From the NCBI GenBank assembly GCA_964510085.1, contig CAZEAB010000006.1, positions 1-52,844 of the forward strand: a DNA stretch of 52,844 nucleotides, in the 5' to 3' direction. The notes below the pieces were generated by a model. That model was not told the DNA's origin. It made no database searches and saw only the letters and a program-made list of their open reading frames with translations. Below, piece by piece: positions 29,269 to 37,858 of the stretch. The position numbers were made by a program, and so were the translations under genes. How positions within the stretch are numbered: the first letter of the stretch is position 1; each line of letters starts with the position of its first letter. The DNA is from an uncultured Methanosarcinales archaeon. Lineage in GTDB: Archaea > Nanobdellota > Nanobdellia > Woesearchaeales > GW2011-AR9.

Positions 29269-30334
29269 CTTCAACTCTATTACCTTTCACAATAAAACCA
29301 ACATTCATGAACTTCTCAACAACATAGATATTAGTTTTTGCATGGTTACTGATTTCACTTGCTTCAATGACAGAACCAGGTAATAATCCCATAAACGGAA
29401 TTAATTGGTCTGCTAAATAATGGTCTACTGGTTTTGTTGAATCTAATTCCTTACGTAACAATGTCACAACATCCTTCCCTATTTCTTCGGAACGTGTTCC
29501 TCGTTTTAATAAGGAACTTGCACCCAAGATTACAGGATTATCTACGTCATCACTCTCACACATTGCCCATAACACAACATCTCCCCCAGGAGAAGATGTG
29601 GTAACGTATTCATTTCGAATGTTAACGGGAACTTCTAAATTTGTAAGAGATCCTTTAATACTTCTTTCAATTCTCTCTGCTACTTCATTCTCACTTAACT
29701 CTTTTGAAACGTTTACAGCTCCTTTAATTTGAACGATTTCATTTCGTTCAATTAAAGTAATTTTAGAGACTTTCAAATGTAAATCTTCTAACAAAGCCTC
29801 ATACGATTCTTCTTGATTAAATCTGGGTGTAATTTCAACAGTAACTTCTCCGCCCCCTTTTGGATAATACCCTCTCTTAAGAACTTTCAAATCAATCTTA
29901 TCTACAAATCGTTGTAGTTGTGGAAATAAAACATTCTTAATATACTCCACACTCGCTTGCCACTTCCCACACGTCCCTCCTTTTACAGTAATTGTAACTT
30001 TTCCTGGAGCAAACATGCTTGGAAGAATAACTCCCTGTAAAAATAAAGAAATAGAACCAGCAGTTCCAATATCAAAAGAATAATTGCCTCTTTTTACTTT
30101 ACCTGGAATGAACATAATCTCTTTTGCACCTAAATGGATGTTAGTACACTTTGCACCAGACATTTCTTGAAGTGCTCTAATAACGGTAAGATGTTGTGCC
30201 TTTAAACCAGATTTGGGTCTGCCCGCTCTGATGTTATGTATTGTAACTTCTTTTCCTGTGAGAGTTGAAAAAGCTAATGCTGTTCTTACTAACGCGCCTC
30301 CACCTTCTCCATGTGAACCATCTAATTCAATCAT
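29258..30334 (-). CDS. rtcA: RNA 3'-terminal phosphate cyclase
   Basis: IELDGSHGEGGG, RGYYPKGGG, DHYLADQL, HAKTN. Confidence 0.95.
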   Translation of the reverse strand: MIELDGSHGEGGGALVRTALAFSTLTGKEVTIHNIRAGRPKSGLKAQHLTVIRALQEMSGAKCTNIHLGAKEIMFIPGKVKRGNYSFDIGTAGSISLFLQGVILPSMFAPGKVTITVKGGTCGKWQASVEYIKNVLFPQLQRFVDKIDLKVLKRGYYPKGGGEVTVEITPRFNQEESYEALLEDLHLKVSKITLIERNEIVQIKGAVNVSKELSENEVAERIERSIKGSLTNLEVPVNIRNEYVTTSSPGGDVVLWAMCESDDVDNPVILGASSLLKRGTRSEEIGKDVVTLLRKELDSTKPVDHYLADQLIPFMGLLPGSVIEASEISNHAKTNIYVVEKFMNVGFIVKGNRVEVKE

Positions 30335-30465
30335 GTTTCTGTTTTTATGTGGTGTTATTTAATAGTTTCCGAAAATTTAAATCATTTTAAGAAGTATCAG
30401 AAATCTTAATTTCTTGCGATTTTTGAAGGGAATGTTTAAAAAAATGAGGGAAATTACCATATAAA

Positions 30466-30870
30466 ATGAATAATGGCACCAAATCAAACATAGACGCTTT
30501 CGTAGATGAGGCAATAGATGTTATAACAAGTTGTTCTAAATTAGAAAGTGAAGCTGATAGAGGTAGAGTAAGAGAGATATTACTAAGACCATTGACTGGA
30601 GAATATTCTTTTGTGACAGAACCTAATGGTCAAGTAACTATGAGTAGAATTGGTCATAAAAGACATTTAAGTCCTGCTCATATTAATGCTTATATGGGAG
30701 GAGTATTTGTAGAAATAGGCCGCTATAAAAATATTGTAGATCGAAATAAAGCAGTTTGTAAATCATATAGGGCTCCTACATTTGAACCAGCACAAGCTCG
30801 AGAGTTCATAAAAGATGCAGTAAATAAAGCATTTAAAGCACCCGGTGTTGCAGAATCTTACCAACAATAA
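30466..30870 (+). CDS. Hypothetical protein
   Basis: 134-aa ORF with upstream TATA-like element; no recognised motif. Confidence 0.65.
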   Translation: MNNGTKSNIDAFVDEAIDVITSCSKLESEADRGRVREILLRPLTGEYSFVTEPNGQVTMSRIGHKRHLSPAHINAYMGGVFVEIGRYKNIVDRNKAVCKSYRAPTFEPAQAREFIKDAVNKAFKAPGVAESYQQ

Positions 30871-30922
30871 TTTCCAATAACATTTTCAAAAAGTATTTAA
30901 CCAACAACTCTCTACTAAACCC

Positions 30923-31345
30923 ATGACATGTCCATTTTGTACAAATATTAAACAAGCAGTATTCTACGAATCTACACATTGCTACGCTATTTACAACCTA
31001 AGACCTATCGTTCCAGGTCATGTAATGATAATTCCAAAAGAACATCGGCAACATCTTCTAGATTTAACAGAAGAAGAAAGTAATGACTTTATGCAGACAG
31101 TAAAAGAAGTATGTAAAATTCTTAAAAAACATTACAACGCAGAAGGTCTTTCATTATTAATACAAGATGGTGAAGCAGCTGGACAAACTGTTCCACATAT
31201 ACATATGCACATAGCTCCATTAGATGGGAAGATGTCTACGCGAGAGTTTGTGCAAAATGCTCCTAAAAGTGAAGATAGGCATGCATTAACAGATGAAGAA
31301 ATGAAGAAGGAAGTTGAGAAGTTAAAATCACCACCAACCGATTAG
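30923..31345 (+). CDS. HIT family hydrolase
   Basis: CPFC, PGHVMIIP, AGQTVPHIHMHI. Confidence 0.95.
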   Translation: MTCPFCTNIKQAVFYESTHCYAIYNLRPIVPGHVMIIPKEHRQHLLDLTEEESNDFMQTVKEVCKILKKHYNAEGLSLLIQDGEAAGQTVPHIHMHIAPLDGKMSTREFVQNAPKSEDRHALTDEEMKKEVEKLKSPPTD

Positions 31346-31402
31346 TTTTCCAACACCTAGAAGGATAATAACCAGAATAATAAACTTGTATATTTCACTC
31401 AT
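31328..31402 (-). CDS. Putative 24-aa hydrophobic microprotein MSEIYKFIILVIILLGVGKLIGWW
   Basis: Manual translation; starts 4 nt after the stop of 31407-31622. Confidence 0.4.
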   Translation of the reverse strand: MSEIYKFIILVIILLGVGKLIGWW

Positions 31403-31406
31403 TCCT

Positions 31407-31622
31407 TTATTGTTTGTCATTTTTCCATAACCTCTGTTTGATTACAATCATACACAATGTGTAAAAGACCAATGACGCAAATACACTTAGTAATCTATTG
31501 TTAATTAATCTTTCGAAAAATGATAAAGTTTCATTTATGATAACGATAGTAGAAATTGCACTAATAACAAGAACAAATAAAACCCTATTGCTTTTGAACA
31601 TTTTCATAAAATCAGATAACAT
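31407..31622 (-). CDS. Small 2-TM membrane protein
   Basis: Two hydrophobic helices, basic tail. Confidence 0.55.
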   Translation of the reverse strand: MLSDFMKMFKSNRVLFVLVISAISTIVIINETLSFFERLINNRLLSVFASLVFYTLCMIVIKQRLWKNDKQ

Positions 31623-31718
31623 AATTGCTAGGAAAAGCAGGGGCTTAATAGATTTATTATGAATAAGAACAATATACTCGAAACATTAATAAAAGAGTAA
31701 TTTTCTTAGTATATTTGT

Positions 31719-31888
31719 GGGGATATAGTATAAAGGATTTCGTCCGTACAGCCTGGCTAGAATGATGGCCTCCAGTAGTGGAGGGTTGAGCGTAAAGCAA
31801 TGATAAAACCTTACCTGAAGTCAGCCGTAGATCTGGGAAATGATAAGTGATTGCTTATTGTTCAGAAATTCGAATCCCAGTATCCCCA
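31719..31888 (+). tRNA. tRNA-Trp(CCA) with three introns (31734-31751, 31776-31822, 31838-31868)
   Basis: Removing 18, 47 and 31 nt leaves 74 nt: acceptor GGGGATA/TATCCCC plus A73, anticodon arm ATGGC-CTCCAGA-GCCGT, T-arm CTGGG-TTCGAAT-CCCAG; D-stem is weak (one A-A mismatch). Confidence 0.88.
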
Positions 31889-31942
31889 CTTTTTATTCTT
31901 AAAACAAAAACACATATAAACGAAAATAATAACCTTAATACC

Positions 31943-33133
31943 ATGTACGAAAAAAGAGGTAGTCCTAAACAACATAAAGGTTTCTTTGCAAAACATCGAG
32001 GTTTAGTAGCAGCATCTACTTTATTCGGAACTATCGTTGGAGCAGGTATTCTTGGAATTCCATATGTTGTTGCAAAAGCAGGTTTACTCTACGGTCTTAT
32101 CCTTATCCTTCTATTTGGATTTACAATTATGATGTTAAATTTCTTCACAGGAGAGGTTGTCTTAAGAACAAAGACACAACACCAACTTCCTGGATATGCA
32201 GAGAAATATCTTGGAAAAAATGGAAAGCGTTTTATGATGTTGTCAATGCTCATTAGTATTTACGGTGCGTTAACAGCATACTTAATAGGAGAAGGAAACA
32301 CATTTTATACATTATTTAAAATTTGGTCACCATTAACATTTAGTATAATTTTCTTTGTCATTACATTCTTGATAATATATCGTGGAGTTAAAGCAACAGG
32401 AAGAGCAGAACTGATTCTAATATCTCTTCTCATATTAGTTGTAATCGCAATTGGTGTTTTCTCTGCCAACAAAATTGATTCAAGTAATTTCTCCTCATTT
32501 AATCCAGCATTTTTCTTCCTTCCATATGGAGTGATTCTATTTGCATATGCAGGAATGCCAGCAGTTCCAGAAATGCAAGAACAATTACAGGGACAAAAAA
32601 AGAAATTAAAGAAAGCAATAATGTGGGGATCTATTTTACCAATTATATTATACCTTGCATTTGCATTTATTATTGTTGGTGTAATTGGAATTGAAAATTT
32701 TGATGCATTACAACCAAACGAACGAATTGCAACAATCGCATTAAGTTATTACTCCGTTCCACTGCTTGGTTTATTTGCAAACCTTCTTGCGATACTTGCA
32801 ATGTTTACCTCGTACTTAACTCTTGGAATAGCGTTACTAGAAGTGTATGAATATGATTACAAAATTCCAAAATGGATTGCATTTATTGTCACATTCTCAT
32901 TACCTCTTGCTATAGTATTATTTGATTTAACATCATTCATTACCGTTCTTGGGATTACCGGAGCATTTGCCGTAGGGCTTGAAGGAATCATTGTTGTGTT
33001 AATGTACTGGAAAGCAAAAACACTTGGGAAACGAAAACCAGAATATCAAATGGGAAACCATAAAATCCTTGGAAGTTTTCTTATTCTTCTATTTGCTGTT
33101 GGCATAATATATCAAATAATTCAATTAATATAA
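31943..33133 (+). CDS. Aromatic amino acid (Trp/Tyr) permease family transporter
   Basis: GTIVGAGILGIP, about 11 TM helices; ATG at 31943 because the longer ORF overlaps the tRNA. Confidence 0.88.
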   Translation: MYEKRGSPKQHKGFFAKHRGLVAASTLFGTIVGAGILGIPYVVAKAGLLYGLILILLFGFTIMMLNFFTGEVVLRTKTQHQLPGYAEKYLGKNGKRFMMLSMLISIYGALTAYLIGEGNTFYTLFKIWSPLTFSIIFFVITFLIIYRGVKATGRAELILISLLILVVIAIGVFSANKIDSSNFSSFNPAFFFLPYGVILFAYAGMPAVPEMQEQLQGQKKKLKKAIMWGSILPIILYLAFAFIIVGVIGIENFDALQPNERIATIALSYYSVPLLGLFANLLAILAMFTSYLTLGIALLEVYEYDYKIPKWIAFIVTFSLPLAIVLFDLTSFITVLGITGAFAVGLEGIIVVLMYWKAKTLGKRKPEYQMGNHKILGSFLILLFAVGIIYQIIQLI

Positions 33134-33203
33134 TTTTTTCATCACTTGAAAATAAATAACTGTTGGAAAAGTTTATAAAATAACTTCTGTGCGACGAATT
33201 GGA

Positions 33204-35072
33204 ATGGCAGATAGTCCAATTGTGAAAGATGGTTTTGTACGTACGTTTCGTGATGATACGAGGTACGCTAAGTTTGCACAAGATATCTTTGATTTGGATG
33301 AAAGATTGCGCGAAGCTTATGCTGAGAGATATAAAGAATCTCGTCAAGGGCCACGTTCTAAATTTGAAGAAAGATTAGCAGAAAAAATTCAAAGAGAGAG
33401 AATTCTTACAGAAGGAAGTGTACGACATGCAATTGGATTAGTTGATGATTATACAAAAGATTTAGAAGACCTTGAAAAAGGAAGAGCGATTGATAGACTT
33501 CTTCAAACGGTTACTACACACACAAGAATGGTTGGTGAGCAAGATATTTTATCGGCTGATGTTGCATTACGAAAACTTCCTCATATAGCACATAAATTGT
33601 CTGGAGTTGATTTAACACGGTGGACTGCAATCGGATTACAAAATACTTCTGAAGAGAAGGCATCATATTTTTCATTAGATTCCTGGTCAATAAAAGTATG
33701 TACTGGACTTACAATTGCAGAAACAGGAATTGATCACTATAAAGAATCCCCTCATTCAAATTTTTCAGTAAGTTCAAGAAAAGAGATTAAAGATAATTTG
33801 GCCCGTATTTTGGTTAATTATGGAATGCGTGGTGTTACGGATGATCTTTTGGATACATTTACAGGAAGACCATTTCATGATGATGAGAAGGTTACTGCTT
33901 TACAAGTATACTCGCATGTATTGGAAATTATGGGTGGAGAAAACCCTCATTTACCTAAAGTTGCACATCTTGCGGCTGTAGAAGTAACAGCATGGGCAGC
34001 TGACTCAAATCCAATGGATGCTTTAATATGGACGTATATTGGACTTCGTTTAACTAATTCTGAAAGAGAAGAATATTTTTGCTTAGAAGGAAAAGGAAGA
34101 AAAGTATTTGATGGTTTATTAGAAGCAACAAAGTTTGAATTGCCATCTCAACTACCTAATGCTGTATCTACAAAATATAAAAGCCCTTCTCAAATAAAAA
34201 CAGATGTATCTCCTACAAGTTCAATTCCTCCTGAAAGAAGGGAAGATATTGAACCTGTTCAAGAAGGACCACCAAAATCATTTAATGAATCAACGTTTTT
34301 TGAATCATGGAGTGGAGATGAACCAGATACTCCAGGATATAATGTTCCAGAACAACCTCCTTCAATTCCCTATGCAGATCCAGATGTGAAACTATCAAAG
34401 AAAGCAGAGTTTTTATTGACACAGGATTTGCCAGAGATAGGTGCAGATAATGTCCTTCTTGTAGAAGAATTCTTTGAAGAAGGTAAAGGAATGGTTGTTG
34501 AAATAGCTGCAGAGCCAGAACGTAAACAAAAAGAAAGAAGAAGAATTACATTACGAGATACAATTTCCTCATTAACACTTACACAAGTTGAAGGAGAAAT
34601 TCCAACAGATGATACGCAGAGAGAGGTAATGTACGCTACTTCAATAATTAATTATGTAACACACTTAAATAATGGGAATAATCCTTTAGCAGAATCAAGT
34701 GTTCTAGAATCAATACGGTTACTTAGCCGATATGGTTTTGATGATGTAAGGGGAGTAGAGATTATAGCAGGAAGTTTAGAGAGTTTTCATTCTTTCTTTC
34801 CTACAATTGGAGTTACAAATTATGATTCAAAGATGTCAGCAGTTCTTGAAGGGACAAGTTGGATTATTAATTATGGTGCTGCATTTGGTCATTCTGAAAA
34901 AGAGATTAAAACGGCAGTAACGCGTTGGTCGGATTACATTACTGTAGCACCAAAGGAGTTTAATGAAGAGTATCTTGCAGGAAGAAATTGGGAAGGGATG
35001 AATTTTGTTTCAAATATCTATCGAAGTATGCGAGGTAAAAAGAACTCAAATTTATTACAAGAAACATCATAA
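33204..35072 (+). CDS. Large orphan cytoplasmic protein
   Basis: Long ORF, TTTATAAA upstream, central Pro/Glu/Ser-rich linker; no family recognised. Confidence 0.75.
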   Translation: MADSPIVKDGFVRTFRDDTRYAKFAQDIFDLDERLREAYAERYKESRQGPRSKFEERLAEKIQRERILTEGSVRHAIGLVDDYTKDLEDLEKGRAIDRLLQTVTTHTRMVGEQDILSADVALRKLPHIAHKLSGVDLTRWTAIGLQNTSEEKASYFSLDSWSIKVCTGLTIAETGIDHYKESPHSNFSVSSRKEIKDNLARILVNYGMRGVTDDLLDTFTGRPFHDDEKVTALQVYSHVLEIMGGENPHLPKVAHLAAVEVTAWAADSNPMDALIWTYIGLRLTNSEREEYFCLEGKGRKVFDGLLEATKFELPSQLPNAVSTKYKSPSQIKTDVSPTSSIPPERREDIEPVQEGPPKSFNESTFFESWSGDEPDTPGYNVPEQPPSIPYADPDVKLSKKAEFLLTQDLPEIGADNVLLVEEFFEEGKGMVVEIAAEPERKQKERRRITLRDTISSLTLTQVEGEIPTDDTQREVMYATSIINYVTHLNNGNNPLAESSVLESIRLLSRYGFDDVRGVEIIAGSLESFHSFFPTIGVTNYDSKMSAVLEGTSWIINYGAAFGHSEKEIKTAVTRWSDYITVAPKEFNEEYLAGRNWEGMNFVSNIYRSMRGKKNSNLLQETS

Positions 35073-35193
35073 GAGGTTACAATTTCTTCAAGATAATGTA
35101 ACTACTAAAAAATAATTATGGTGCAAAAGATTTATAAAACAATAGCTACTTTGGAGTAGTATTCTAAAAGAGGGATGTGGGGTAATAATCAAA

Positions 35194-36510
35194 ATGGTAA
35201 CAAGAGATAATGGGGATAAAGATTTGGAGGATTTAACACAAGTGAGTCCTCTTTCAGCAAATAATAACGATACAAAGGTGGTTGATACAGGTGTTGTAGA
35301 TCATCACAGAAATGCAATAGTGCGATATGAAAATTCTTTTAGACGATTTCAAGCAGTACGAGATCAATTTGGAGGACGTTTTGGAGATAGACAAATTGAA
35401 GAAGCTGTAACGTATATCCATGGAAATCCTCGTTCAGATGTAATGTCAAGTGTAACTCCTCAGAAACATTTAGGTAAAAGAGATATAGAGATGACCGTTG
35501 AAAATGCAGTTATAGATGCATTAGAAGGATTACATCAACATGGTCATGAGTATAATGTAAATAATTTTAATGTTGCAGCAGCTGCTCTTGATGTATTACC
35601 GGAAGCAGCTCATAAATTAAATCCAGCAAATTTACGAGATTATGTTTTAGTAGGTCTTAGATTTAAAGAGATGAGTGAAGTATTTGATGCAGGGGCATTA
35701 ACTCACCTTCCAGTTCCACAATCTGATAATGCGCCTGCAGGATGGATTCCAGAAACGTATTTTTCAGATTCTGAAATCTCAACATTTTTCTTATCAGCTC
35801 TTCAAGCAAAGCAGCAAGATCCAGCATGGTATTCAGATATGAGTCTTAAAATTGCGTCTTCTATAGAAGCTGTTGGAACCAGTATTGGTCAATATAAACA
35901 GAGAGTTTCAGATTGGTTTGGTGATAGAAGTAATTCTAAAACAAAAGACGATAAATTTAGTGCAAGGAGTAATGAAACACGATTAGATAGATATGTTCGT
36001 AGAGGAGTAATTGCAGCATTTGCAACTGCAACAGTTGCATCAATTACAACAGCAGGAGTTATTGCGTACCATGTAAGTCCAACTGCACGTGGTGCAATGA
36101 ATCGGACTGGAGCAGCAATTTCTTTAGCAGGAAATTTAGCATATGATACAGTAACAGGCGCTTCAGGAGAATCAACAGTAGACTATAGTGTTGCTATGGG
36201 TAATGCTATTCGTGGAAATCCAGAAGGTTCACCAGAACAGACACAAGCTGTATGGGATGTTATTAATGATGCAACATGTCAAAAGAGTCCAATTACAATT
36301 GCAGCAGGAAGTTCTGCTCAAGCAGCAAAAGATGTTTGTCAGAACCCCTACGTAAATTCAGAAGTTAACTTTGGTAAATATAGTGTATGCGAAGATGTAG
36401 TTAAAACAGGACTTATGGCTGCAGCAGGAAACTCACCTAAGATTGACGGACGATTTGATTTAGAATGTGATAAAGATAAATACGATGCAGGGAGGAACAA
36501 AAATGAATAA
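35194..36510 (+). CDS. Orphan bitopic membrane protein with Cys-containing C-terminal domain
   Basis: Central TM (GVIAAFATATVASITTAGVIAY); four Cys in the C-terminal domain. Confidence 0.75.
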   Translation: MVTRDNGDKDLEDLTQVSPLSANNNDTKVVDTGVVDHHRNAIVRYENSFRRFQAVRDQFGGRFGDRQIEEAVTYIHGNPRSDVMSSVTPQKHLGKRDIEMTVENAVIDALEGLHQHGHEYNVNNFNVAAAALDVLPEAAHKLNPANLRDYVLVGLRFKEMSEVFDAGALTHLPVPQSDNAPAGWIPETYFSDSEISTFFLSALQAKQQDPAWYSDMSLKIASSIEAVGTSIGQYKQRVSDWFGDRSNSKTKDDKFSARSNETRLDRYVRRGVIAAFATATVASITTAGVIAYHVSPTARGAMNRTGAAISLAGNLAYDTVTGASGESTVDYSVAMGNAIRGNPEGSPEQTQAVWDVINDATCQKSPITIAAGSSAQAAKDVCQNPYVNSEVNFGKYSVCEDVVKTGLMAAAGNSPKIDGRFDLECDKDKYDAGRNKNE

Positions 36511-37858
36511 TAAAATTAAAATCATTGCAGGAAGTGCAGCAGCAGCTGTTAGTTTATACGCAGCAAATGCACTAGCACAACCTAAAATTACCTATAAACC
36601 AAAGAAGCCAGCAGCAGCTGCAGGAACAACTCCTGGAGTAGCTCCTACACCAACACCTGCACCTACACCAGCTCCAGCTGGTAAGAACTGTATTGACCCA
36701 GCTAAACACAGCAAAGATGTTAGTACAGCTCGTGCTCAAGGTAAGCAAGATGGATTTAAACAAGGAGAAGTAGCAGGATTAGCAAAATGTCCAAAACCAA
36801 GTCCTGTACAAGCAACTCCTCAAAATACTAATGTTGGTTCAAGAATCAAAGTAAATGATAGAAGAAGTAGTGTTCGGAGAAATGTAAATGGATGTGAAAA
36901 ATATGTTATGTCACAACCACAGTTTCAAAATAAATACGGTGTCTGTGCAACAGATTCTGGTAGAGATGCCTTAAAGAGATTAGGTGTTAGTGTATTTAAT
37001 ACAATCCCAGCAAGTGAATACAGATCATTAAGTAAAAGATTTGCATCATGTCCTGGAGAAAGTATCTGTACTGTTGTTGGAACAGATGACATGAGAAATG
37101 TTAATGCAATGTTAGGTGGAAAACTTAATGATGCTCTTAGAAATGGAAATGTTAACGAACAACTAATGCGTAAGATTATAGCAGAATATACATTAAAATT
37201 AAAACAAGAATTATCTGTTAATATGTCTGGTGCAGTAACACCAGTTGATCTAGCTCCAGAAGCAAGTCACGTTACAGCAGGTATGGAATTCTTATTTAAT
37301 GGAGATGGAAACACATTATCGGCATTAACAGCAGGATATCAATTATCATGGAGTCATGTTTCTGCAGAAGGAAAAGTAGGATACATGTTCTTAAGTGGAA
37401 AGAATACAAAAGATTCATCTCGGATTGTAGATTATGATTCAACAAAATTAGCTTTAGGAACTCAGATTCTAAAAGATGTTGCAACTGACACAGCTGTTCA
37501 AGGAAAACATATTCCTTTTGCAGAATTTAATATTGGTGTCCATTATGACTTTACTGAAAGTACACGTGGAGTTTTAAAGTTAGGCCCAATGATAACATAT
37601 TCAGATAGAGGAACTGGTCAAAGTAATATGTACCACTTCCATCAATCAGCAAATCCAGCAATAAGTCCAGTTGAAACAAATACAGAATCTAAAGTGGCAA
37701 CTAAATGGGTTTTTGATACAGGATACACTCTAAGAGTAGGTCTTGATCGTAAAGTTGGGGATAATGGAGCAATTAGTTTAAATGCAGCTTTACGATGTTT
37801 TGGTACAGAATTAGGTGATAAGTGTTATGGTGGATTAGGTCTAGGAGGGAAATTTTAA
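36503..37858 (+). CDS. Secreted protein: Pro-rich linker, Cys-rich domain, beta-rich C-terminus ending in Phe
   Basis: GGAGG RBS before ATG 36503; Ala-rich signal peptide; PTPTPAPTPAP; ends YGGLGLGGKF. Confidence 0.78.
   Translation: MNNKIKIIAGSAAAAVSLYAANALAQPKITYKPKKPAAAAGTTPGVAPTPTPAPTPAPAGKNCIDPAKHSKDVSTARAQGKQDGFKQGEVAGLAKCPKPSPVQATPQNTNVGSRIKVNDRRSSVRRNVNGCEKYVMSQPQFQNKYGVCATDSGRDALKRLGVSVFNTIPASEYRSLSKRFASCPGESICTVVGTDDMRNVNAMLGGKLNDALRNGNVNEQLMRKIIAEYTLKLKQELSVNMSGAVTPVDLAPEASHVTAGMEFLFNGDGNTLSALTAGYQLSWSHVSAEGKVGYMFLSGKNTKDSSRIVDYDSTKLALGTQILKDVATDTAVQGKHIPFAEFNIGVHYDFTESTRGVLKLGPMITYSDRGTGQSNMYHFHQSANPAISPVETNTESKVATKWVFDTGYTLRVGLDRKVGDNGAISLNAALRCFGTELGDKCYGGLGLGGKF

Noticed and set aside
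31847-31942. N-terminal extension of the permease ORF
   Set aside because: It overlaps the tRNA-Trp 3' end, its T-tract and the permease promoter region.
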